Positions 19,024 to 28,780 of a DNA stretch of 64,000 bases are shown here, piece after piece. The notes under the pieces were generated by a model that saw only the letters and a program-made list of their open reading frames with translations, did no database searches and was not told the DNA's origin. A program made the position numbers and the translations under genes. Within the stretch, counting starts at the first letter, position 1; each line of letters opens with the position of its first letter. This DNA is from Candidatus Pacearchaeota archaeon (GTDB lineage: Archaea; Nanobdellota; Nanobdellia; Pacearchaeales; GW2011-AR1), in assembly GCA_018221305.1 (NCBI GenBank), contig JAAOYK010000056.1, positions 26,863-90,862 on the forward strand, written 5' to 3'.

Positions 19024-19635
19024 ATGCAAAAAAATGAGGGCGGTCAAGGGAATAGTGCAGTTAATTTGCCAAAGAAAACTAAGAATTCTAAGTTGCAACA
19101 ATTTTTCATTCTAGTTTTAATAGTATTATTAGCTATTATTGGATTTTTCGTAGGAATTTTGGTTTTTGAGGATGTTATTTTTAGTGAACCTGGTAACTTG
19201 GATAATGATAGTGATCTTGCTTTACTGGGATCAGCGTCTGAATGTACTGTCCCAACATATACTACTACTGGGTGTGAGGCAATACCCTTAAGCCCAGATT
19301 ATCTTGGTTTTGGAGCTGTAGGGCTTTTAGAAGATAATGATCGTATAACTTTTACAAGCGGGCCTCATGAGGGTAATACTTATACTGTTGATTTTTGTAA
19401 GGGAAAACTTTGTTGGCCTGGAGCTAATGATTGTTGTTGGATGGCAGATTTTGACGCGTGTACTGCTGTTCCAGATGAGACTTATAATCATGATTTTGTT
19501 ATAGTTAATACTCAAGGAACCTGTGAAACTGGGCTTGTATGTAACCAGGGCATGTGTGATGCCCCATTGCCTAGTATGGGCCTTGTGGCACAGATCTGGC
19601 GTAGTGCAAAGAGATTTTTTTCAAGAATTTTTTAA
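19024..19635 (+). CDS. membrane-anchored Cys-rich protein
   Basis: TM helix followed by multiple Cys. Confidence 0.65.
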   Translation: MQKNEGGQGNSAVNLPKKTKNSKLQQFFILVLIVLLAIIGFFVGILVFEDVIFSEPGNLDNDSDLALLGSASECTVPTYTTTGCEAIPLSPDYLGFGAVGLLEDNDRITFTSGPHEGNTYTVDFCKGKLCWPGANDCCWMADFDACTAVPDETYNHDFVIVNTQGTCETGLVCNQGMCDAPLPSMGLVAQIWRSAKRFFSRIF

Positions 19636-21278
19636 AAAGCGTTAATCTTAATTTCTATACTTGCTGTTGGCATTTTAATCTTATTATTTTTTAGAACGAT
19701 TGGTTTTATTTCACCGATTATTCCTATGTCTTTATTATCTATAGAAATCTTTCCGCATCTGCCTTCAATAAAGCTTGGATGTGATGTTTCTTTCATTTCA
19801 TACTTTTTGTCTAACATCCGCATTAAGTAGTCTAAAATTTGTTTTAATTCTGTAAAGTTTGCTTTTTCATGACAAAGCGTTATGCATAAGTTTTCGGATT
19901 CTTCAACTCCAGTTTCAGTTTTATTATCTGTAAAAAATATTCTTCCAAGTTCAAAGATTTTTTGTGGGTATGATGCGTCACTATTTTCTGATAATATTTG
20001 TATTGAGTTTGCAAGAAGAGAGTTTCTTAATATATTATTTTCAGTCTTTGAATCAATTACTTCAATAATGTCTGCAGATTTGTAATCTTTGTTAATTTTT
20101 TTGAATTGTTTTTCTTTAGTTGACAAATGATATGTTGATATTTCTTGCAGGCCGAGTCCCGCAAGGATTTGGGCAATTTTTCTTTTTTTAATTGATTCTG
20201 GGTCTTCCTGGCCGATTGTTGAAATTTTTGGAATGATTGGGTCAAACTTATCATAGCCATATGCAATCGCTACTTCTTCTACTAAATCTACTTCATGTAA
20301 AATGTCTGTACGATATGCAGGAATTAATGCTGTTGGTTTGTTTTTTTCTTTAACGTATCCAATACCCATTTTTGCAAGTAAACTTTTTATTTCTTTTTCT
20401 TTAAGATCTAGGCCTAAATTTTTATTAATATATTCAATAGAAAAAGGCATTTTTTCTGGGCTTAACTGAGGCGAAATTTCTTTTGTTTTGTCAATAACCT
20501 CCATTGCATAAATTTTTCCGCCCATGTCTGCTAATGCTGTAACTATCATGTTTAAGGTCTTTTTTAGATATTCTTTATGAAACCCTGAACATTCAATAAA
20601 AATATCTTTTGTCTTTTCATTAATTTTACCAGTCTTATGTGAATTAATGATTGGAGGCATGGATAAGACTTCTCCAGCACCGTCAATAAAAATTGGATAA
20701 ATGTCTGCACCTTCAAGTAGGTGGCCGTATTCTCGTCCTGTCGGATGCTGAGATAAAATCTGGCGCCCGTTAATCTCGCGAGGGAATTCTAGTGGCTGAA
20801 ATCTTATGCTTTCAGGTTTTAATGCTAAGAATTTTATTGGTAGGGTTATTTCTTCTAATGGGTAAACTCCTACTGCTAATTTCTTTCTATTACGGCCATA
20901 GCTTCCGTGAAGCTTTTCCTGAATTTCTACTACTTCTTTAATTTTTTCTTCATCAAATTTTAATCCTTTAATAATTGCGCAAGCAGTAAATGGTCGCACT
21001 TTTTTGACAGAGTTTTCTATTGTTACTTGATAATCTTTCTGGGGTTTTTCAACCTTGTAAGTTTTCAGTCCTGGTTTTTTCAAAAATGCTGTAATTGCTC
21101 GAACAAATCCTTGAAATGAGAGCAGGTCTGGACGATTTGGAAAAACTTCTATACTAACTTCATTGTCTGTGACCTCTTCGATAGGTGTTCCAAACATTGA
21201 GATTTTGTTTTGCAAATCCTCAGTCATTTTTCCGATCTTTGACTCTAATTGTTTTTTGTTTAATGTTAGTATTGTCAT
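19632..21278 (-). CDS. pheT: phenylalanine--tRNA ligase beta subunit (archaeal type)
   Basis: PNRPDLLS, LSMPPIINS, PAYRTDILHEVDLVEEVAIAYGY. Confidence 0.97.
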   Translation of the reverse strand: MTILTLNKKQLESKIGKMTEDLQNKISMFGTPIEEVTDNEVSIEVFPNRPDLLSFQGFVRAITAFLKKPGLKTYKVEKPQKDYQVTIENSVKKVRPFTACAIIKGLKFDEEKIKEVVEIQEKLHGSYGRNRKKLAVGVYPLEEITLPIKFLALKPESIRFQPLEFPREINGRQILSQHPTGREYGHLLEGADIYPIFIDGAGEVLSMPPIINSHKTGKINEKTKDIFIECSGFHKEYLKKTLNMIVTALADMGGKIYAMEVIDKTKEISPQLSPEKMPFSIEYINKNLGLDLKEKEIKSLLAKMGIGYVKEKNKPTALIPAYRTDILHEVDLVEEVAIAYGYDKFDPIIPKISTIGQEDPESIKKRKIAQILAGLGLQEISTYHLSTKEKQFKKINKDYKSADIIEVIDSKTENNILRNSLLANSIQILSENSDASYPQKIFELGRIFFTDNKTETGVEESENLCITLCHEKANFTELKQILDYLMRMLDKKYEMKETSHPSFIEGRCGKISIDNKDIGIIGEIKPIVLKNNKIKMPTASIEIKINAF

Positions 21279-21281
21279 TTT

Positions 21282-21608
21282 TTATATTTCATAATTTCTT
21301 TTTTTAATTATTTCCATTTTTTCTTTTATTGACTTTTCAATGTCAATATTAAAACGTCTTGCAATGATTATTAATACAAACAAAACGTCTGCGAATTCTT
21401 TTTCAATGTCGTCTTTTTTTAATTTTTCTAGTTTAGATTTTCGTTGGTACCCTTTATGTGCTAAGATTTCATTAAATAGTTCACCGGTTTCTTCTATTAG
21501 TTTTAGGGACATAGCCATTGTTAATTCTTTTTCATCTTTGTCTTTGTAATAGTCTTCAAGACGATTTATTTCCCAGTCTATGAATTCGTTTAGTTCTTTG
21601 ATTTCCAT
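21282..21608 (-). CDS. MazG-like nucleotide pyrophosphohydrolase
   Basis: KLIEETGEL ... EKEFADVL motif. Confidence 0.88.
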   Translation of the reverse strand: MEIKELNEFIDWEINRLEDYYKDKDEKELTMAMSLKLIEETGELFNEILAHKGYQRKSKLEKLKKDDIEKEFADVLFVLIIIARRFNIDIEKSIKEKMEIIKKRNYEI

Positions 21609-21609
21609 G

Positions 21610-23145
21610 TTATTTGTCCCATATTTTCATGTCTCGTAGTTTATTTATGTCATTTTTGAACATTTCTCTTAAATCTTTTATGTTGAAGAATTTTGTGATC
21701 ATTCTGTCAAATCCCATTCCCCAGGCTAAAACTGGTATGTGCCTTCCAAATATTGGTATTGTTAATTCTGGTCTAAACATTCCTGCCCCAACTAATTCTA
21801 CCCATGCTTTTTTTACTGGATTAAAATAATCTACTTCGACGCTTGGTTCTGTGTATGGGAAGTATCCTGGTCTTACCCGTATTTTATCAAAGCCCATTTT
21901 ATTGAAAAATTTTGTTAAGTATCCTATTAGTTGTCCAAATGTTGCGTTTTCGTCAATTACTATGCCCTCTGTTTGATTAAATTCAAATCCGTGAGACCAG
22001 TCTAAAGTTTCGTTTCTAAATACTTTTCCTACTGAAAAATATTTCGCAGGGAATTCTTTAGTTTGTGAAATCTCCTTTAGGGTTTTGGCTGATAAACAAG
22101 TTGTGTGTGTCCTGAGTGCCACTTTTTTTGCTTCTTTATCTTTCCAGTTGTATTGCCATCCAATTGAACCCGGGATTTTTCCTTCATGAGCCTTTTTTAC
22201 TTCGGTTACAAATTTGTTATCTGGAAGTTTTGCTATTTTGTCTTTTATAAAAAATGTATCTTGCATTTCTCGAACTGGGTGATCTTGTGGTGTGAATAAA
22301 ACATCAAAGTTCCAAAAGCTTGATTGTGTCATGTTACCGCTCATTTCTTTAAAGCCCATGTCTGTCCAGATCTTTTTTGCATAATCTGTTGCCTGATTAA
22401 CAAAATGACGTTTTCCACCATTAATTCTAGGTACTGGGCTTGTTAAGTCATATCTTCTAAATTTTTTACCTTTCCATCTTCCAGATTTTAATATTTCTGG
22501 GGTTAGTTGTTCAATCATGTCTTTAGTAGGGGTTAGGTTTTGTTGCATTATTTCTCTTCCAAGGTCTGTTGGTTTGAAGCTTACTGTCTTTTTATCTTGA
22601 ATGTCGATAATATTTTTTCTTGACTTAAGTTTGTCTAACGAATATTTTTCTTGTGGTTCTAATTGGTCTGTATTTTTTGGCAAGGTTTCTAAAAACTTTT
22701 CTTCTAATGACTTTTCAACAAGTGCTTCTTTTTTACCTGTCAGAATTATGTTACCATTAACCAAATTAATAAGTGCTTTACGCTTTAAAGCGCCAAGAGC
22801 GGCTTTAAATTCATTATCTGAAATGCCTGACTTGCTCATAGCGTCTGGGATTGAAATGGTTGTTTTTTCAGCTATAACGTTTGCAAGTCTTCGTTCTGGT
22901 AATCCTTGCTTTTTGTATGTAAGCCCATTTATGCCAAGTTCTATGATTCTTTCCTTTTTTATAGAAATCTGGATAATTTTTTTGTTTGATAAAAATTCTA
23001 ATGCACGCATTATGGCAGTCTTTCCAATGGTTGTTTTTTCGTCAAGGCCTTTGAATGTACTTCCTTCTAAATATGGTATTATTTTTCTTTCATTTGGAGA
23101 TAATGATTCTATTACTTTTTGTATCTCAATGTCTTTTTCAGTCAT
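21610..23145 (-). CDS. pheS: phenylalanine--tRNA ligase alpha subunit
   Basis: FWNFDVLFTPQDHPVREMQDTF, LRTHTT, FRNE, YFPYTEPS. Confidence 0.97.
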   Translation of the reverse strand: MTEKDIEIQKVIESLSPNERKIIPYLEGSTFKGLDEKTTIGKTAIMRALEFLSNKKIIQISIKKERIIELGINGLTYKKQGLPERRLANVIAEKTTISIPDAMSKSGISDNEFKAALGALKRKALINLVNGNIILTGKKEALVEKSLEEKFLETLPKNTDQLEPQEKYSLDKLKSRKNIIDIQDKKTVSFKPTDLGREIMQQNLTPTKDMIEQLTPEILKSGRWKGKKFRRYDLTSPVPRINGGKRHFVNQATDYAKKIWTDMGFKEMSGNMTQSSFWNFDVLFTPQDHPVREMQDTFFIKDKIAKLPDNKFVTEVKKAHEGKIPGSIGWQYNWKDKEAKKVALRTHTTCLSAKTLKEISQTKEFPAKYFSVGKVFRNETLDWSHGFEFNQTEGIVIDENATFGQLIGYLTKFFNKMGFDKIRVRPGYFPYTEPSVEVDYFNPVKKAWVELVGAGMFRPELTIPIFGRHIPVLAWGMGFDRMITKFFNIKDLREMFKNDINKLRDMKIWDK

Positions 23146-23231
23146 GTTAAAGTATAGTTTGGATGTTTTATAAATTTAAGGTTCTGACATAATACCGATA
23201 AGTTTTTATATTAATTTTTGTATGAATTGCA

Positions 23232-23957
23232 ATGAAATGTTCTGATAATCAGGCATCATGGCTTGATACTGACGATTTAAATGATAAGGCTGAGGTGTAT
23301 TATGATGATGATAATCTTTGTGATTCTTATAGTTGTTTAAAGCAAATCTCTGACAGGGGGTCAACACCTCCACATATCCGGTTTAATCAAGGACTTATTT
23401 TTTCTAAAAAAGCTAGAGAAGATCCTACCTTGTATTCTATTGCGCAAAAAATCTTTTCAGAGGTTCTTGAATCTCCATTGTATCGTTTAGATTGTTTGCA
23501 TGCTCTTGGAAATATTAGCCTTTTGTCTGAGGATCATGAACTTGCAATACCTACTTACCGAATAGCAATAGAATCTGATCCTACTTTTAAACCTGCATAT
23601 GAGGGATTGATCGCTGGTTTTTGTTCTTTGAAAGTTTTTGAAGAAGCTGATCAAGCTTACTCTGAGGGCATTACTAATTGTGATGGCGGATTAGAGGCTG
23701 GTTTGTTTAATATGGCTTTAGCTGCGACTTTGGAAAAGGACCGCGTTAGATCTAAAAAGTGTTTTGATGCGTGCTTAAATTCTCTTGATGATCTAAGTGA
23801 GGCTTTGTCTGCTCATAATTTAGATCATTACTTTGAAAAACCAGATTTTGAAGGGTTTTTTGAATATGTTTCTAAAGATCCAGAGGGGCGATCCCTACCT
23901 CTTTTTTTGAGAACTCCTGCTTGGAAACCTAGGGAATCTTTTGGAAGTTCTGACTAA
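23232..23957 (+). CDS. TPR-repeat protein
   Basis: LHALGNI...AIPTYRIAIESDPTFKPAY TPR pattern. Confidence 0.7.
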   Translation: MKCSDNQASWLDTDDLNDKAEVYYDDDNLCDSYSCLKQISDRGSTPPHIRFNQGLIFSKKAREDPTLYSIAQKIFSEVLESPLYRLDCLHALGNISLLSEDHELAIPTYRIAIESDPTFKPAYEGLIAGFCSLKVFEEADQAYSEGITNCDGGLEAGLFNMALAATLEKDRVRSKKCFDACLNSLDDLSEALSAHNLDHYFEKPDFEGFFEYVSKDPEGRSLPLFLRTPAWKPRESFGSSD

Positions 23958-24406
23958 TGTGGTGATGCTTCTTTTGCTTGATTTGTTGAAGCACCTAAGC
24001 TTAGAAAAATGCTTGAAATTTCTTGGTTAGATAAACTTTTTGGATAAATTATGATTTGAGTTTTTGTACGTTTGCATAAATCAATGTTTTGTTTTATGCG
24101 TGACAACATGATTGCTTTATCTTTTTTTGCCATTTTTTTAATTAGTGGCCAGTCTATACCAATTTTTATGTTATTTTGTTTTGCTAATTTGCACAGAACC
24201 TCATTTAGCCCTGAGTCGCGCTGTTTCATGTAATCTTTACGATCATGTACGTGTGGGTCTAGGAATATGTCTACATCTTTATTTTCTACAACTTTTCGGT
24301 TAAATTCTTGTGATCCTGCTTGCACGACTACTGTTTCCTTTTTTTCTTTTAAGGTCTTGATTTCTTTTCTTAAGGTGTTTAAGTTTGATGTTGTTATCAT
24401 TTGCAT
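23954..24406 (-). CDS. RNase P subunit p30 (Rpp30)-like protein, short form
   Basis: FNRKVVE...DSGLNEVLCKLAKQNNIKIGID. Confidence 0.75.
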   Translation of the reverse strand: MQMITTSNLNTLRKEIKTLKEKKETVVVQAGSQEFNRKVVENKDVDIFLDPHVHDRKDYMKQRDSGLNEVLCKLAKQNNIKIGIDWPLIKKMAKKDKAIMLSRIKQNIDLCKRTKTQIIIYPKSLSNQEISSIFLSLGASTNQAKEASPH

Positions 24407-24452
24407 AAATATTATTGTAAGGAGATATATTTAAAGTTTCGGAAAGAAATAA

Positions 24453-25658
24453 TTACTTATGAAGTTTTCTTTTGTTAGTTTTTAAGGCTTCAAAAACAGG
24501 CGTAGTTGCATTAACAATAAAATAAAGTGCAGAGCCTCCTCCTGTTGAAGATACTCCTTCATAATTAACTTCTGCTGCAGTATCTCCACCTAATACTGCA
24601 CAATTTTCTAAATTCTTCCTCATGCTTGCTAATACTGGGTCTGTTGCTTGTTTAAATCCTTTATTATATATCCCTGGAGTTCCTGCTAAAATTCCTCTTC
24701 CTCTTTCTTGGATCATCTGATCTAGTGATTGAATCGCAGTATTGGGTAAGATAAAATCAACTATCATGTAGTCTTTAGGAATTTGGGTATTTTTTGGATT
24801 TATTGTATGTGGGTTAAGATATTTATCATCTTGTTTTTTAGCAATAACTACTTTTTCAGGGATATGAATTTTATGTTTATTTTCTCCTCTTAAAGCTTCT
24901 GCTACTTGTTTTTCATAGGTTTTTCCACTATCTTTAATAAGAGACTTGCCAATAGGAAATCCTTGTACATGTAGAATGGTATTTAATACGATTCCTCCGG
25001 GAATAATTGCATCATAGGTTTCTAAAAAACCAGCAAGACCTGTTAGGATTTTTTCTTTTTTTATTCCTCCAAGGATAGCAACAGAGTAGCTTTCTGGGTC
25101 TTTTCCGGCCCATGGTTCTAATAATTTCATTTCTTTTAATTGACTTTTTGTTGCATAACCTGGCAAATATCTTAAAATACCTACATTTGAAGCATGGATT
25201 CTATGGGCTTTCCCAAAACCACCTACTGCAACATTTTGTCCTAATCTGGCAAATTCTGCTGCAAGAAATGGATCATCTTTTTCTTCACCTTCATTTTTCC
25301 TAGTATTTCCCATTATTGCTACTGTTCCTGGCTTTAATCCTTGAACAAATTGAACCGCTTCATAAGTGCTATTTTCTGGAAAATATTCAACTTTGGATTC
25401 TAATTTGCTGGATAAATAAGGTACAATAAAATCAAGATCTTCTGTATCTCCTTTTTTAAATCTGCCCTTGTGAGCTAAAATAATTGGGTTGCCTCCTTGA
25501 TCTAGAATATATTTTAAATCTTCAATTTCTACATCTACTCTGTCTGTGTTCTTTAGTTTACTGTTTTTATGTTTAATATTAAAATCTGCCGCATAAATCC
25601 ATTTACTGTTTGGATTTATCTTTGTTTCTTGTAATTTTGCTACATCATCGAAATTCAT
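24453..25658 (-). CDS. pgk: phosphoglycerate kinase
   Basis: ADFNI, AHKGR, NTRK, FGKAHRIHAS, GGDT, STGGGS. Confidence 0.93.
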   Translation of the reverse strand: MNFDDVAKLQETKINPNSKWIYAADFNIKHKNSKLKNTDRVDVEIEDLKYILDQGGNPIILAHKGRFKKGDTEDLDFIVPYLSSKLESKVEYFPENSTYEAVQFVQGLKPGTVAIMGNTRKNEGEEKDDPFLAAEFARLGQNVAVGGFGKAHRIHASNVGILRYLPGYATKSQLKEMKLLEPWAGKDPESYSVAILGGIKKEKILTGLAGFLETYDAIIPGGIVLNTILHVQGFPIGKSLIKDSGKTYEKQVAEALRGENKHKIHIPEKVVIAKKQDDKYLNPHTINPKNTQIPKDYMIVDFILPNTAIQSLDQMIQERGRGILAGTPGIYNKGFKQATDPVLASMRKNLENCAVLGGDTAAEVNYEGVSSTGGGSALYFIVNATTPVFEALKTNKRKLHK

Positions 25659-25871
25659 TATTAAAATGTAAATTAATGCATTTAAAAGAATTATTGTGAT
25701 GGATTTTGAAATATCTTTCTTATATCGTTTGCGATTAAAGGAAGTTGCAATTGAATAACCCTCTAGGGGCTAAAAATGCAATTTGGGAGAACCGCAGTGA
25801 ACTCTTTAATCGCTGTTATCGGTTTTCAGAGAACAAGAAGCTTTAGCTTCGCAGAGTTTTATGAGCAAATG

Positions 25872-26304
25872 GGGTGGGCTTCCTATTAAATAAGGGAAAG
25901 CACGATAGGCATTATTTATTTTTTTCTATTTTCATAAGCTCTTTTCCATTTATCATAACATTCTTTGTGATGCTCTTCCTGTTTTTTAAAAGCTTCTCGT
26001 ACCAATTTTGACTCGCTTTCAAACATTGGCAAAAATTGATCATGCATGTAATAAACAATGCTCATATTTATACCTTTTAAATTATTCTTTCTAATCATGT
26101 TTTGAAAAAGTGCTTTTTCCCCAACCCCTAAGTGAATATTGAAAATATCTTCAAATGCTTCGTACCAATATCTGTAATCTTCTCCCATTCTAAATTATTT
26201 TATGAATTTAGTATCAAGAACTCTTCTTCCCCCATTAGGTTAAAGATGTTAAGCTTGCCCGGTTTTTATAGCTTTCGCGAGTGCTTTCCCCTATCTGGGT
26301 GGGC
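25872..26304. mobile_element. 425-bp one-gene cassette with 8-bp direct-repeat cores and nested inverted repeats
   Basis: GGGTGGGC at 25872-25879 and 26297-26304; inner IR 25888-25903 / 26281-26296 (14/16); outer IR 25857-25870 / 26309-26322 (14/14). Confidence 0.6.
25916..26188 (-). CDS. hypothetical protein (cassette cargo)
   Basis: 90-aa ORF with its own BRE-TATA (CGAAAGCTATAAAAA, 26277-26263). Confidence 0.65.
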   Translation of the reverse strand: MGEDYRYWYEAFEDIFNIHLGVGEKALFQNMIRKNNLKGINMSIVYYMHDQFLPMFESESKLVREAFKKQEEHHKECYDKWKRAYENRKK

Positions 26305-26364
26305 AGAAATTTGCTCATAAAATTACCGATAACTATATTTTTTAAGAAGTTATGATTTTAAAGT

Positions 26365-27057
26365 TTAGCTTTTGATAATTGTTCCAACAAAATGTTTATG
26401 GTTTAACAAATTATCAAGATTTTTTGTGTTTGAACCTAAAATGTATGTTGTGATGTTGTTTTGTTTTATGATCTTTGATGCTTTTTGATCTAAGACAAAA
26501 TGTTGGCCTGGTTTGTATTTGATCTTGTTTGCAATCTTAAAGAATTCTTTATGCGAAATTTCATGAATAAATTTGGCACTTTTATATTTTTGAGGGTTTT
26601 TGTCATATAGTCCCTTGACATTTGTAAGATTAATAAAGTCACATTTTAAAGATTTGGCAATCTTTGCTGCAGCACTGTCAGATGTTTCTTTTTTTTGATA
26701 TGTTAGGCCGCCACAAAAAACTATTGAATTTTTCTTAAGTGATTTTTTTATTGATAAAATATTATGTGGGATGCCTTGTTTTTGATTAATTCCAAAAAAA
26801 TGCTGAACAAAACGAGCGTTAAGGCGCGTTATTGCAATACCGACCATGCTTTGAAAATAAACTTTACGTTTATCTTTGATATGATCTAGGGCGCTCATAT
26901 AGTTGCGTGCAACACTTCCGCCCCCACAAACAATAACAAATTTATAATTTTTCAAATTTTTTAATAGAATCTTTTTTATTTCTTTTAGATATTTTGTTTG
27001 TATTTTATTTGGAACAATTAAGCTTCCGCCAAGACTAATTATTATCACCTTTTTCAT
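26365..27057 (-). CDS. pyrH: uridylate kinase (archaeal type)
   Basis: IISLGGSL, VCGGGSVAR, TSDSAAA, TNVKGLYDKNP. Confidence 0.93.
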   Translation of the reverse strand: MKKVIIISLGGSLIVPNKIQTKYLKEIKKILLKNLKNYKFVIVCGGGSVARNYMSALDHIKDKRKVYFQSMVGIAITRLNARFVQHFFGINQKQGIPHNILSIKKSLKKNSIVFCGGLTYQKKETSDSAAAKIAKSLKCDFINLTNVKGLYDKNPQKYKSAKFIHEISHKEFFKIANKIKYKPGQHFVLDQKASKIIKQNNITTYILGSNTKNLDNLLNHKHFVGTIIKS

Positions 27058-27186
27058 GTATTCGTTAATTTGTTTGTTTATTTAAATTTTTTGAAAATGA
27101 GTAGTGCAATAGTTGGTATTAAATTATGCTTTTTAGAGTATAGCAAGTGTTTTTAAGTGAAACTTTTAATATATTCTGTTCGAAAA

Positions 27187-27591
27187 ATGTCGCATAAAAG
27201 TTATAACTCTGCAGAATACAAGGGGCAGAGATTTATTGATCATGTTATTGATACTACAAATCTCTCAAAAAGATTCAAAGAACGCCTTGCTCAGAGTGAT
27301 TCTATGTACCAGACATATGGCTGGAGTGTTCTAAACACAAAACAGTCTGGAGACTCTGTTTATTTTGATCTTTTTGGTGTTAATTGCCATGTGACTTTTG
27401 AAAGTAAAAAAAAGAAGAATTATGCTGTTTTAGAAAAAAAGCTTGGTGCTGGGGGATGGGAGGCTGAAAAATGGTTTGCGTTTAAAATTGAAAGATCAAA
27501 AACTAAGCGTATTAATGAGAGTAAAACATTTTCTGACCTTTTCGAACAGATGGTCAAAGATATTGCAACTTATCGATCTTCTAAACTGTGA
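27187..27591 (+). CDS. hypothetical protein
   Basis: Open frame, start MSHK. Confidence 0.6.
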   Translation: MSHKSYNSAEYKGQRFIDHVIDTTNLSKRFKERLAQSDSMYQTYGWSVLNTKQSGDSVYFDLFGVNCHVTFESKKKKNYAVLEKKLGAGGWEAEKWFAFKIERSKTKRINESKTFSDLFEQMVKDIATYRSSKL

Positions 27592-27865
27592 ACAATTTGT
27601 TGTCTGTGACAATGTACACTTTTAGGCGTGCACCGCAGTCTAGCCAACCATGTGCATAATTAAGGGCCCCATAGGAATTTACAAAATCTTTTTTTTCTTT
27701 GAAATGTAATGCGTCTGATAAATAACATTCTACCATCAGAAAAATTTCTTTTGCTTGCTTCTCTTTTCCTTTGGCCACTGCCTTTTTTGCGATCATTAAT
27801 GCTTTGCTGGTTAGGTTATGGTACTTGTTTATTTTTTCAATTGTTATTTTATTATTTTTTTTCAT
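27581..27865 (-). CDS. DUF357 family protein
   Basis: YLSDALHF...ALNYAHGWLDCGARL. Confidence 0.92.
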   Translation of the reverse strand: MKKNNKITIEKINKYHNLTSKALMIAKKAVAKGKEKQAKEIFLMVECYLSDALHFKEKKDFVNSYGALNYAHGWLDCGARLKVYIVTDNKLFTV

Positions 27866-28046
27866 GAAATGTTTAGGTAAAGTTGGTTTAAATATATTTT
27901 CAAAAGGGCAGTTTGTAAAATGAGGATTTGGAAGTCGCATTTTTGAAAAATAGGATTTGAAAATAAATTTGTTATAGATTACTTTGAAACTCCTTATATT
28001 CAATCACCAAAATGATTTAAAAAAAGAAATGATTCTTATTTTTGAA

Positions 28047-28085
28047 AAAGGGGAATGGGAGGAGTCCTCTTCTCCCTTCAATTTT
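28047..28085 (-). terminator. GC-rich hairpin followed by T-tract
   Basis: Minus strand AAGGGAGAAGAGGACTCCTCCCATTCCCCTTTTT directly after the stop codon. Confidence 0.5.
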
Positions 28086-28780
28086 TAATTTATTATTTTT
28101 GATCTTGATGCGATTTTGTTAATTATAAAACGTGAGCCGACAAATTCAGAAATTACTGCAGAAATTATCAACTCGCCTACTGCTGCTTTGAACAAACCTC
28201 CAATGACTGGAATTCTTGCTTCTTTCGAAAATTTATTTATCACTTCGGTTATCTCATCTTGTGTAAGCGTGATCTGGGTTGTATTTATTTTGTTATGGCG
28301 TTTTAATAAAACATTTCTTCCCGGGCCGGAACATTCAATAGTCTGGACTGCTGGATCTTTTATTAATAATTCTATTCTTCCTAAATTAAATCCGCTTGGT
28401 CTTGGCGCTGATTGAGGCCTTACATTTATTTTTACTTTTTGGCCTTGGGGTGGTTTCTTTTTAATATGTCTTGCGATAATTTCTTTAATGTCTTTAAGTC
28501 TTGGGCCTTTTTTCTTAGGCTGTTTTGGGCGGCTTGCAGCTTGTTGCATTTCTACCTTGCTCATTGCTTGATATGGGGATGGTTTAAAGTTTGGTGCTTG
28601 AATTATTTTTCTAAATGCATCTTCAGGACTTATATTGGGTGTTATAAACCTTTGTCGAAGTTTTGCTGATTCTATTCTTCTTTTTGTATCGAGCCTGTGA
28701 GAAACTTCTTTTAAGATCATTGATGTAAATTCTGTTAGAAAAACTATTCTTTCCTCTTTTTTTACTTGTTTTAATCCCAT
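28085..28780 (-). CDS. hypothetical protein resembling the N-terminal domain of type II/IV secretion ATPases
   Basis: LGRIELLIKDPAVQTIECSGPG; no Walker A. Confidence 0.65.
   Translation of the reverse strand: MGLKQVKKEERIVFLTEFTSMILKEVSHRLDTKRRIESAKLRQRFITPNISPEDAFRKIIQAPNFKPSPYQAMSKVEMQQAASRPKQPKKKGPRLKDIKEIIARHIKKKPPQGQKVKINVRPQSAPRPSGFNLGRIELLIKDPAVQTIECSGPGRNVLLKRHNKINTTQITLTQDEITEVINKFSKEARIPVIGGLFKAAVGELIISAVISEFVGSRFIINKIASRSKIIN

Noticed and set aside
25860-26320. RNase P RNA (GGAAGCCCACCCCATTT and GAGCAAATTTCTGCCCACCC resemble archaeal CR-I)
   Set aside because: No P4 partner or CR-V (ACAGAA..GGCT) in a suitable position; the repeats are better explained by the cassette geometry.
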